This document shows positions 1-10,316 of a stretch of 36,704 bases of DNA, piece by piece (the stretch's first letter is position 1; each line of letters opens with the position of its first letter). Where the stretch lies: the NCBI GenBank assembly GCA_003819755.1, contig RPQK01000001.1:1-36704 (forward strand), given 5' to 3'. Source of the stretch: Acidobacteriota bacterium. Lineage in GTDB: Bacteria; Acidobacteriota; UBA6911; RPQK01. The position numbers and the translations under genes are program-made. The notes below the pieces were generated by a model. That model saw only the letters and a list, made by a program, of their open reading frames with translations. It was not told where the DNA came from and searched no databases.

Positions 1-491
1 TCGACGCCGAGCCCGGCGGCGCCTTCGTAAATCTCTTCACGGTTCACCGAACGGGCAAAAGCCTTGTCTTTCAGCTTCTTCTTGACCGAGGAAACGGGCA
101 GTTCCGCCACTTTCTTCCCGGGTCGGACGAGAGTCGCCGCCGTCACGAATCCGCACAGCTCGTCCACGGCAAACAGGGTCTTCTCGACTAGTCGTTCACG
201 GGGGAGGTTCAGGTGCGACCCGTGGGATTTCACCGCGTAGATGATGTCCGGCGGATAACCTCGCTCTTCGAGAATCTGGCCGCCGACCCGCGGATGATCG
301 GCGGGATCCGGGTAACGCTCGTAGTCAAAGTCGTGAATCAACCCGATAACACCCCATCTTTCGACATCCTCCCCGAACTTCTCGGCATAGGCGCGCATGG
401 CGGCCTCGACTGACAGCGCATGCTTGATCAGGCTGTCATTCTGAGTGAATTCGGTGAGAAGATCCCAAGCACCTTGACGAGTGATTTCCAT
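1..491 (-). CDS. HD/HDIG-domain metal-dependent phosphohydrolase (partial; C-terminus runs off the window)
   Basis: My translation of the minus strand from ATG 491..489 gives MEITRQGAWDLLTEFTQNDSLIKHALSVEAAMRAYAEKFGEDVERWGVIGLIHDFDYERYPDPADHPRVGGQILEERGYPPDIIYAVKSHGSH... It has the H...HD...D pattern of HD hydrolases. The frame stays open to position 1, so it is absent from the ORF track (no stop in window). Confidence 0.8.
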   Translation of the reverse strand, partial: MEITRQGAWDLLTEFTQNDSLIKHALSVEAAMRAYAEKFGEDVERWGVIGLIHDFDYERYPDPADHPRVGGQILEERGYPPDIIYAVKSHGSHLNLPRERLVEKTLFAVDELCGFVTAATLVRPGKKVAELPVSSVKKKLKDKAFARSVNREEIYEGAAGLGV

Positions 492-500
492 AGACGTCCG

Positions 501-589
501 AAGGAACTTATCCACGCACCAACACGAACGAACACGAACAAGAGATCTTTGTTCGTGTTCGTTCGTGTTGGTTCGCGGATAGGTTCCTT
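501..589. repeat. CACGAAC-family palindromic element, copy 1 (about 41-bp arms, 3 mismatches)
   Basis: AAGGAACTTATCCACGCACCAACACGAACGAACACGAACAA / loop gagatct / TTGTTCGTGTTCGTTCGTGTTGGTTCGCGGATAGGTTCCTT. Lies between the hpt stop and the HD gene start. Confidence 0.85.
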
Positions 590-596
590 CCTCCCT

Positions 597-1130
597 TCAA
601 TCTCCGAGTACTCCAATGTACGGCAAATTACGGAACTGCTGATCAAAGTCCAAGCCATATCCAACCACGAATCTATCAGGCACCTCGAAGCCCAGATAGT
701 CAATCGCGACCTCCAATTTGCGCCGGGATGGTTTGGAGAGCAGCGCACAGACCCTTAAGGAGGCTGGATTCCGACTCCTCAAATTACCTACCAGGTAGTT
801 CAAAGTGAGCCCGGTGTCGACAATATCCTCGACCAGGATCACATGCGAGCCGTCGATGCTGCTTTCGAGGTCCTTGAGCAGCTGCACCTGACCCGAGGTT
901 TCAGTGGCGCTGCCGTAGCTGGACATGGCGATGAAATCGACCTCGAGCTTAAGATCGACATGGCGGATCAGATCGGAGAGAAAAACGGCGGCGCCCCGCA
1001 GAACACCTACCAGCAGCGGCGTCTGACCCTGGTAGTCTCTCGTGATTCTTTTCCCCAGCGCACGGACCCGCCTCTTGATCCTCGCTGCTTCGATAAGAAC
1101 CCTTGGCCCTTCAGTCTTGGCTTTAGTCAT
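597..1130 (-). CDS. hpt: hypoxanthine(-guanine) phosphoribosyltransferase
   Basis: 177 aa. PRPP-binding motif VILVEDIVDTGLTL, C-terminal DRFVVGYGLDFDQQFRNLPYIG, and the size typical of Hpt. Confidence 0.93.
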   Translation of the reverse strand: MTKAKTEGPRVLIEAARIKRRVRALGKRITRDYQGQTPLLVGVLRGAAVFLSDLIRHVDLKLEVDFIAMSSYGSATETSGQVQLLKDLESSIDGSHVILVEDIVDTGLTLNYLVGNLRSRNPASLRVCALLSKPSRRKLEVAIDYLGFEVPDRFVVGYGLDFDQQFRNLPYIGVLGD

Positions 1131-1351
1131 GGGACAATTAATTGTAATTTAGACTCTGCTTTGTTGCTTCCCTGATGAACGGGCGAGCACGGCGCTTGTT
1201 CACAGTTCGGGCGGTTGTTTCATTGTTTGTCAAGTCCGAAAAACCAGGCCCGTGCCGTGCCCGGTCCACGCAAAACCTTTTCGCAACAGGATATGGCCTT
1301 TAGGGGGGCCTTGCAAGATGTTACAATACCAGCTTCAAGGAGGGCCGCAGA

Positions 1352-1966
1352 GTGAGCGTTGAATATGTCGAGAAGGTCTACAACCGCTATTCCAGTTTCT
1401 ACGACGTGGTCTTCGGAAAAGTTTTTCATGCCGGGCGCGAGCTCGCCCCGGAGCTCCTGGATCTCTTTCCCGGAGCACAACTGCTAGAAGTCGGTGTGGG
1501 AACCGGCCTATCCTTTCCCTTGTTACCTCGCAACATTCAGATTACAGCGATCGACCTTTCCCAGAAGATGCTTGACCTAGCCAAGAAGAGGGCCCACTCT
1601 CTGGCTCTGCGCAACATCGAGCTGATAAAGATGGATGCGACTAACCTGAATTTTCCCGATCAAGCCTTTGACAGGGTGCTCGCCGCTTACTTCGTCTCCA
1701 CGGTGCCAGATCCAGTGAAGGTGGTGCTGGAGATGAAGCGCGTCTGCAAACCGGGGGGCCTGCTCGTCTTCATGAATCACTTTCAAAGCGAGAACCGGGT
1801 GACTGCTCCGTTCGAAAAGGCTGTCTCTCCTCTGTTCTACCGCCTGGGCTTTCGCACGGATCTTAATCTTCGGAGGTTAATGGATCAGTGTGGGCTGGAA
1901 ATTGAAACCCGCGAGAAGGTGGGTTTCCTGGGGAACTGGACGGCAGTTCGCTGCATCGTGCCGTAA
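1352..1966 (+). CDS. class I SAM-dependent methyltransferase (resembles phospholipid N-methyltransferase-type small MTases)
   Basis: 204 aa. SAM motif I LLEVGVGTGLSF, then IDLSQKML and the acidic loop MDATNL. GTG start 1352 is preceded by GGAGG 8 nt upstream. TGtTACAAT extended -10 lies about 25 nt upstream. Confidence 0.8.
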   Translation: MSVEYVEKVYNRYSSFYDVVFGKVFHAGRELAPELLDLFPGAQLLEVGVGTGLSFPLLPRNIQITAIDLSQKMLDLAKKRAHSLALRNIELIKMDATNLNFPDQAFDRVLAAYFVSTVPDPVKVVLEMKRVCKPGGLLVFMNHFQSENRVTAPFEKAVSPLFYRLGFRTDLNLRRLMDQCGLEIETREKVGFLGNWTAVRCIVP

Positions 1967-1967
1967 A

Positions 1968-2072
1968 AACAACAGCGGGCTTTATCCACGAACTAACACG
2001 AACCATCACGAACAAAAGCTGGTTTTGTTCGTGATGGTTCGTGTTAGTTCGTGGATAAAGCCCGCTGTTGTT
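1968..2072. repeat. CACGAAC-family palindromic element, copy 2 (perfect 50-bp arms); probable bidirectional terminator between convergent genes
   Basis: AACAACAGCGGGCTTTATCCACGAACTAACACGAACCATCACGAACAAAA / gctgg / exact reverse complement. Sits between the methyltransferase stop (1966) and the rpsU stop (2082). Confidence 0.9.
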
Positions 2073-2081
2073 AGGGCAGCT

Positions 2082-2282
2082 CTAGGCAGCGGGAATCTGC
2101 CTGGCTCTTTTTCTGCTTCGTTTTCTGGCTAGGGCCTGTTTGAGGCGTTTCCTCTCGCCCGGCTTCAAATAGAAGGAATGCTTTTTGACATCCTTGATGA
2201 TGTCTTCCTGCTGGACCTTTCGCTTGAAACGGCGAAGAGCGCTCTCCAACGACTCGCCCTCTTGTACGACTACCTCAGCCAA
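2082..2282 (-). CDS. rpsU: 30S ribosomal protein S21
   Basis: (M)AEVVVQEGESLESALRRFKRKVQQEDIIKDVKKHSFYLKPGERKRLK is a typical S21. The ORF track starts at GTG 2291. I prefer TTG 2282 because GAGGGGG lies 8 nt upstream and S21 normally begins MxEV. Confidence 0.92.
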   Translation of the reverse strand: MAEVVVQEGESLESALRRFKRKVQQEDIIKDVKKHSFYLKPGERKRLKQALARKRSRKRARQIPAA

Positions 2283-2350
2283 TACTAACACCCCCTCTAC
2301 TCGTCAAAATAGTCGCTTTTATGCAAAAGCTAATATTACTAGCGACATTC

Positions 2351-2881
2351 TCAGCCTGTCAAGGATTCAAGCAGCTCATCCAATTCCTGCTCGGTCTTTG
2401 AGGGCAACCCCTGGCTGACCTCAGGGGACGCGTAGAGGATGCGGAGGACTGTAATCATCGCGGCCCGGACTTCGGGATTGGGGTTTGACGAGCCAGCTGC
2501 CTGGATGCTGAGCGAGGGTCGGCCGGCCTGCTTCCCCGGCATCACCCCTCCCCTTACAGCTTGCCACAATCGCAGCTTGGCCACGGCCCCGGCGAATTCT
2601 GTGTTGGTCATGAAGTCATCCAGGCGACGATGGGCCTGAAGCTGGGTCATTACGCTGTGGAAGGCCGGGTGACTTTCACGGTAACCCTCGAATATCTCTC
2701 TCAGATCATTCTTGGCGGCTTGCAGGCGAGCCGAGCTGCCTTCGACTTTTTTCGCTGGCTTCTTCGTGAGCCGGCGGACAACCAACACGATCAACACGAT
2801 AAGGACGATCGCGGCCGCCGCCACGATAAGCTGGTTGACTGGCGACTTACCTGCCCAATTGAGCATCTCGTCGAAGTTCAT
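2351..2881 (-). CDS. hypothetical N-terminally membrane-anchored protein
   Basis: 176 aa with one TM (LIVAAAAIVLIVLIVLVV) followed by a charged helical region. GC-rich third positions. Its start overlaps the upstream TPR gene stop (ATGA). No family recognised. Confidence 0.6.
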   Translation of the reverse strand: MNFDEMLNWAGKSPVNQLIVAAAAIVLIVLIVLVVRRLTKKPAKKVEGSSARLQAAKNDLREIFEGYRESHPAFHSVMTQLQAHRRLDDFMTNTEFAGAVAKLRLWQAVRGGVMPGKQAGRPSLSIQAAGSSNPNPEVRAAMITVLRILYASPEVSQGLPSKTEQELDELLESLTG

Positions 2882-3705
2882 GGTTCACTCCATAGCTTTT
2901 GCCCGTCGTATCTTTTCTTGTCGGTAAGACGCTTAAGCAGGCCGAGTTTCAAATGCTCCGGATAGTCTCCCGGCCCAAGGCTCCTGGCAACTGAGATGGC
3001 CTTGGGCAAATCATCCATGAATTCGTAACTCTCAATCAAGCCCAATTTCGCCCGGAGCCGGCAGTCCGCACATTTAGTCCGCTCGAGAACCGAAAGCAAG
3101 AACGGCAAAGAACTTTCGTAATCCTTGTCAATTTGGAGGATACTTCCAACCCGAATGCTGGATTGATCAGCTAAATGATCCTCGATCCCGTCATCCAGGA
3201 TGTTCTGAAATTGGCGGCGGGCATCGTTGAACCTGTCCATCTTAAGAAGCGCGGTTCCCAGCTTGAAGATTATGGGGCGGCGGGATCGCAGCGAGGAATC
3301 AGCCCAGAGCGCTTCGTTCCAGTGGCGGATCGCGCTGGCCGGGTCCTTCAGGATGACCTCATTGATTTCGGCCAACTTGAGGTGGCTCTCCTTGGCCAAA
3401 GGCGTGCCGGGATAACCGGTCGCAAGTCGCTGGAAGCAAGACAAGGCGCGGTTAACGTCGAAGTTGTTGAAGTAGTAGATTGTTCCGATTTCCCAGAGGG
3501 CATCATCCGCGTAACGGCTGGCGGGGTAGTTGCGGGAGACGCCCTCATATAAGGTAATCGCATCCTCGTAGGCTCCGATTCGCCACTGGGCCTGTGCCCG
3601 GGCCATCAGGACCCGCACCTCATTCTCCGTCTGAAAGTACAGCCAGACACCAGTACCGAAAATCAAGAATGGTAGAAAAAGGACAAACCTATAGTTGTCC
3701 TTCAT
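2878..3705 (-). CDS. tetratricopeptide-repeat protein with N-terminal TM anchor
   Basis: N-terminal [20 protein letters not shown]. Repeated TPR-like A..Y..A helices ([35 protein letters not shown]; [26 protein letters not shown]). ATG at 3705 (the track begins at TTG 3708). Overlaps the gyrA stop by 17 nt. Confidence 0.75.
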   Translation of the reverse strand: MKDNYRFVLFLPFLIFGTGVWLYFQTENEVRVLMARAQAQWRIGAYEDAITLYEGVSRNYPASRYADDALWEIGTIYYFNNFDVNRALSCFQRLATGYPGTPLAKESHLKLAEINEVILKDPASAIRHWNEALWADSSLRSRRPIIFKLGTALLKMDRFNDARRQFQNILDDGIEDHLADQSSIRVGSILQIDKDYESSLPFLLSVLERTKCADCRLRAKLGLIESYEFMDDLPKAISVARSLGPGDYPEHLKLGLLKRLTDKKRYDGQKLWSEP

Positions 3706-6151
3706 CAACCTGGTCCTCTTCCTCTTCGGGTATAAGGGTGACGTCCGCCACTCGGTCCTCGTTGCCCAAGTCTATCAGCGTGACCCCTTGGGCGCTGCGC
3801 GACTGCGTTTGACGGATCAACTGAGCCTCGATCCGAATGATCTTCCCTTGCTCAGTGATAATAATGATCTCAGAATTCTCGTCCACGTGGCAGGCGTGGA
3901 CCACGCGGCCATTGCGCTCGTTGGTCCGGATGTTGATCACCCCCTGACCGCCGCGTCCCTGCCTGTGATATTCCGAAACCGGCGTCCGCTTACCGAAACC
4001 GTGCTCGGTCACCGCCAGAACATCGCCCTCGTCGTCTCGGGCAATGGCCATACTTACCACTTCGTCCCCTTGGCGCACGGTGATACCGCGTACACCACGA
4101 GCCGTCCGGCCCATGTCTCGGACTTCTTCTTCCGAGAAGCGAATAGCCTTGCCCAGTCGCGAGAAGAGGAGGATATCGTCGGTCCCAGCGGTCCGGCCGA
4201 CGGCAATAAGCTCGTCATCGTCGGGCACGGAGCAGGCAATGATCCCGGCCGCCCGCGGATTCCCAAAGGCGTGAAGTTCAGTTTTCTTGATGTAACCCCT
4301 GCGCGAAGTCATGACGACAAAGCCCGGCTCCGAGAAATCCGTAACGGCAATCATGTCGGCGATTCTCTCGCCCCGCTCCAGGTTGATCAGGTTGACAATA
4401 GCCTTGCCCTTACCCGCCGCTCCCACGTCAGGGATCTCATAGACCTTGAGCCAGTAAACACGCCCGCGGTCCGTAAAAATCAGGATGTAGCTGTGCGTCG
4501 AAGCCACAAAAAGGTAATCGATCACGTCCTCGTCAACCCGCGTGGACATGCCGATCCGGCCTTTTCCCCCGCGGCGCTGGCTCTTGTAAATGTGAAGTGC
4601 AGTTCGCTTGATAAAGCCGCTGTGAGTGGCGGTGATGACGACCGGCTCATCCGCGATCAAATCCTCCATGGTGATGTCGACTTCTGCGTCCACGATCACC
4701 GTCCGGCGGCGGTTTTGATACCTGGTTTGTACGTCGAGCAGTTCCTCCCTGATCACCCTTTTGAGAGCCGACTCGCTTGCCAGGATCTCCTGCAGCTCGG
4801 CAATCTTGCGGATGATCTCCTCGTACTCCTCGATGATCTTGTCGCGCTCCAGGCCGGTTAACCGCTGCAACCGCATTTCAAGGATGGCTTGCGCCTGTTC
4901 CTGACTGAACTCGAAGGTTTCCATCAGGCCGGTCCGCGCTTCGGCTGGAGCCCGTGACCCCCGTATCAGAGTGATAATGGCGTCGAGATGGTCCAGCGCC
5001 ATCTTCAGCCCCTCCAGGATGTGGGCTCTCTGCTGCGCCTTCGCCAGCTCGAAACGAGTTCTGCGGGTGACCACTTCCCGACGGTGTTCCAGGAAGTAGG
5101 TCAGGATTTCGCGGAGAGTCAAAACTCGGGGCTGGCCATCAACCAGTGCCAGGAGGATCACCCCGAAGGACGACTGCATGACCGTCAGTTTGAAGAGCTG
5201 GTTGAGCACCACCTGGGGCTGTTCGCCTCTCTTCAACTCAATGACGATCCGCATTCCCTCACGATCGGATTCATCTCTCAGGTCGCTGATACCCTCGATT
5301 TTTTTCTGTTGAACCAGCTGCGCCATCTTCTCGATCAGCCGGGCCTTATTGACCTGATAGGGAATCTCAGTGACGATGATCGCTTCGCGGTCACGGCTGA
5401 TTCTCTCTGTCGAGGCAACGGCTCGCATCTGAATGATTCCGCGACCGGTCTCATACGCCTGCCGGATTCCTTGACGCCCGTAAATCAAAGCGCCCGTAGG
5501 AAAATCCGGACCCGGAATCAACGCCATCAGTTCGGGTAGAGCAGCGTCCGGACGGTCAAGCAGAAGCAGGAGGGCTTCAACGACTTCTCCAAGATTGTGA
5601 GGCGGGATGTTCGTCGCCATTCCAACCGCGATGCCCGATCCGCCGTTGACAATCAGATTAGGAAATCGCCCGGGAAGGACTACCGGCTCTGTGAGCGACT
5701 CATCATAGTTCGGCTGGAAGTCAACCGTATCCTTGTCGATGTCCGCTAGTAACTCCTCAGCCACCGGTGACATCCGTACTTCGGTGTACCGCATGGCCGC
5801 CGGGGAATCACCATCGATCGAGCCAAAGTTCCCCTGACCATCGACCAGGACCTCTCTCATCGAGAAGTCCTGAGCCATTCGGACGATACTGTCGTACACG
5901 GCGACATCGCCGTGCGGGTGGTATTTGCCGATGACTTCACCCACCACGCGAGCCGATTTCTTGTGGGCCCGGTTCGCGGTGTTGCCCAACTCGGACATCG
6001 CGTGCAGAATGCGGCGATGAACCGGCTTTAGACCGTCCCGTACATCTGGAAGCGCACGGCCGATGATGACCGACATCGCATAGTCCAGATAGGACGTCTT
6101 CATTTCCTCTTCTATGTTTACTGCGATCTCTTGACCGCGATACTCTCGCAT
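3689..6151 (-). CDS. gyrA: DNA gyrase subunit A
   Basis: 820 aa. [22 protein letters not shown], catalytic Tyr motif [12 protein letters not shown]-terminal beta-pinwheel repeats and an acidic tail. Confidence 0.98.
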   Translation of the reverse strand: MREYRGQEIAVNIEEEMKTSYLDYAMSVIIGRALPDVRDGLKPVHRRILHAMSELGNTANRAHKKSARVVGEVIGKYHPHGDVAVYDSIVRMAQDFSMREVLVDGQGNFGSIDGDSPAAMRYTEVRMSPVAEELLADIDKDTVDFQPNYDESLTEPVVLPGRFPNLIVNGGSGIAVGMATNIPPHNLGEVVEALLLLLDRPDAALPELMALIPGPDFPTGALIYGRQGIRQAYETGRGIIQMRAVASTERISRDREAIIVTEIPYQVNKARLIEKMAQLVQQKKIEGISDLRDESDREGMRIVIELKRGEQPQVVLNQLFKLTVMQSSFGVILLALVDGQPRVLTLREILTYFLEHRREVVTRRTRFELAKAQQRAHILEGLKMALDHLDAIITLIRGSRAPAEARTGLMETFEFSQEQAQAILEMRLQRLTGLERDKIIEEYEEIIRKIAELQEILASESALKRVIREELLDVQTRYQNRRRTVIVDAEVDITMEDLIADEPVVITATHSGFIKRTALHIYKSQRRGGKGRIGMSTRVDEDVIDYLFVASTHSYILIFTDRGRVYWLKVYEIPDVGAAGKGKAIVNLINLERGERIADMIAVTDFSEPGFVVMTSRRGYIKKTELHAFGNPRAAGIIACSVPDDDELIAVGRTAGTDDILLFSRLGKAIRFSEEEVRDMGRTARGVRGITVRQGDEVVSMAIARDDEGDVLAVTEHGFGKRTPVSEYHRQGRGGQGVINIRTNERNGRVVHACHVDENSEIIIITEQGKIIRIEAQLIRQTQSRSAQGVTLIDLGNEDRVADVTLIPEEEEDQVDEGQL

Positions 6152-6244
6152 TCAGTCCGTTCCTCCGTTCACCGTTCCTCCGTTCACCGTTCACCCCAAC
6201 GCTCAAACGGTGAACGCTGAACGGTGAACGCTGAACCGTCGAAC
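6152..6244. repeat. gyrB-gyrA intercistronic spacer made almost entirely of inverted CCGTTCA / TGAACGG short tandem units
   Basis: Left part (6157-6195): CCGTTCCTCCGTTCACCGTTCCTCCGTTCACCGTTCACC. Right part (6208-6244): CGGTGAACGCTGAACGGTGAACGCTGAACCGTCGAAC. On the mRNA strand the 3' arm contains two GGAGG copies, the proximal one 10 nt before the gyrA ATG. Confidence 0.85.
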
Positions 6245-8745
<2,501 letters not shown>

Positions 8746-8820
8746 CCAAATATATAGGGGAGGACTCGGGGGAGGACCACAAGCCGTTGCGTCTCGTGCG
8801 TTAACCGTTACAAGTGACCG

Positions 8821-8935
8821 GTTACGAGTTACAGGTTAGGGCTGCGGAGTCGGGACGAGCCATTGTTCTTCAACGTATTTGGTGAAGTTGTTAATCCTTC
8901 ATTCAGCTGTTGACTAGTAACTCGTAACCTGTAAC
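8821..8935. repeat. inverted triple-heptamer arrays (GTTACNN x3 / GTAACNN x3) downstream of dnaN
   Basis: 8821-8841 GTTACGA GTTACAG GTTAGGG. 8917-8935 GTAACTC GTAACCT GTAAC. GTTACGAGTTAC (8821-8832) is the exact reverse complement of GTAACTCGTAAC (8917-8928). Confidence 0.7.
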
Positions 8936-8981
8936 CCGCTCCTCGCGACCGCCATTTCGAAGCCGTGATCGAAATCGATCC

Positions 8982-10091
8982 TCAAATCCGCATCGGCATT
9001 ACCACGTACTGGTAGGAGTACTCCTCGTCCATCTTCGGCTTGAGAAGGCCCTGAGTGTCCTGGTCCCGAAGCTCGAAAATCACCTGCTCACTTTCCAATC
9101 CAGACAGGAAATCAAGCAAGTACAGCGCATTAAAGCCGATTTCCAGGGGTTCGCCGGCGAACTCGATCGGCATAGACTCACGAGCCTCGCCAAAATCGGT
9201 GCTTGCGGACGCGACTTCCAGTTGACCTTCCTGAAAAGTGAAGCGCAGGCCATGCGACTGCTCATCAGCCATGATCGACGTGCGCTTTAGGGCATCGGCA
9301 AAATCCAGGGTATTGAGAATTGCGCGCCGGTGGTTGTCGCGGGGGATGACAAGTTCATAGTTTGGGAACTGGCCGGTCAAGACTCGCGATACGAGAAGCC
9401 GTTCACCTACCCGGAAGAACAAATGGTTCTCGCTCACGCCGAAATCGACCGTCAGGAGGTCTTCCGAAGTAAGCTTGCTAAGCTCCGTCAGAGTCTTCTT
9501 GGGGACGACCGTCCGAATTTCGCCGCCCTCAACGCCGGCCACACTCACGTGCCGGCTTATATAAACCAACCGGTGACCGTCAGTCGTCACGAACGTAATG
9601 CTGTCAGGACGCAGAATCATCAGGGCGCCGTTCAGAGTGTAGCGGGATTCCTCCTGAGTAATAGCGAAGGTACACCTGGTGATCATGTACCGCAGAGCCG
9701 AAGCTGATAGGGAAATCGTCGTCCCGGTTACAACGGGAACATCGGGAAAATTCTCCTTCGACAGCGTGGCCAGCTTGAAGCGTGAACGTTCGCACGTGAC
9801 CCCCATCCAATCAGCGCTTGTCGCCTTGAAGTGGATATCCGATTCAGGGAGCAGCCGCACAATGTCAAAAAGCTTCCTGGCCGAGACCGTGACTGCTCCG
9901 CTGACCTTCACTGCCGCCGAGCAGTTGCACTGAATGGTCACGTCAAGGTCCGTCCCTGTAACAACCAGCGAGTTTCCTGTGGTCTCAAGGAGGAAATTCG
10001 AAAGGATAGGAACAGTTGTTTTCCTCTCGACCACTCCCTGCACATACTGCAGCTCTTTTAGAAAGTCCGCCTTTTTAACGACCAGATCCAT
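8982..10091 (-). CDS. dnaN: DNA polymerase III beta sliding clamp
   Basis: 369 aa. N-terminus MDLVVKKADFLKELQYVQGVVERKTTVPILSNFLLE, three-domain length, C-terminal YVVMPMRI. Confidence 0.97.
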   Translation of the reverse strand: MDLVVKKADFLKELQYVQGVVERKTTVPILSNFLLETTGNSLVVTGTDLDVTIQCNCSAAVKVSGAVTVSARKLFDIVRLLPESDIHFKATSADWMGVTCERSRFKLATLSKENFPDVPVVTGTTISLSASALRYMITRCTFAITQEESRYTLNGALMILRPDSITFVTTDGHRLVYISRHVSVAGVEGGEIRTVVPKKTLTELSKLTSEDLLTVDFGVSENHLFFRVGERLLVSRVLTGQFPNYELVIPRDNHRRAILNTLDFADALKRTSIMADEQSHGLRFTFQEGQLEVASASTDFGEARESMPIEFAGEPLEIGFNALYLLDFLSGLESEQVIFELRDQDTQGLLKPKMDEEYSYQYVVMPMRI

Positions 10092-10316
10092 AATCTTCTG
10101 CTCCTGATTGTTTTCTAATGTTTATTGATATCACTCGTCGTAGTAGAAGCTGTGGATTCTGTTGATAACAGCAGAAAACCTCAGTGATGCAACCATTTCT
10201 CCAGTGGAATGCCGTCAGGAGAAAAACGGTTCTCCTGATCATAACCCGCCGTCTTTACTTTTTTCGAAGAATTCAAGATGTATGCCAGAGACATCTTGTG
10301 GGAAATTGATCCAAAC
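10092..10316. promoter_or_regulatory. dnaA-dnaN spacer: DnaA-box-like sites plus an AT-rich stretch (candidate oriC part and/or dnaN promoter)
   Basis: Adjacent TGTGGATTC (10151-10159) and TGTTGATAA (10160-10168, 8/9 to the complement of TTATCCACA). TGTGGGAAA (10297-10305). AT-rich ctgattgttttctaatgtttattgatatcac (about 10105-10135). Hairpin CAGGAGAA-n6-TTCTCCTG (10216-10237). Confidence 0.45.

Noticed and set aside
420-758. ORFs containing PTRTNTNK / LFVFVRVGS peptides (also 1890..2132, 27590..27880 and part of 428..748)
   Set aside because: These peptides are simply the two arms of the CACGAAC palindromes translated. The ORFs overlap real genes or spacers and have no independent support.
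3695-4861. 388-aa plus-strand ORF
   Set aside because: It lies entirely antisense to the unambiguous gyrA gene. Long stop-free antisense frames are expected in GC-rich DNA, and it shows no recognisable motifs. The same reasoning applies to 4988..5539, 13816..14496, 16415..17011, 17115..17897, 27018..28106, 32244..33008, 34027..34731 and 36024..36473.
6152-6244. Possibility that the short-unit repeat loci (here, 8821-8935, 36622-36668) are CRISPR arrays
   Set aside because: The units are 7-10 nt and directly abutting or inverted. There are no 25-40 nt unique spacers between 24-48 nt repeats, and no cas genes in the window.
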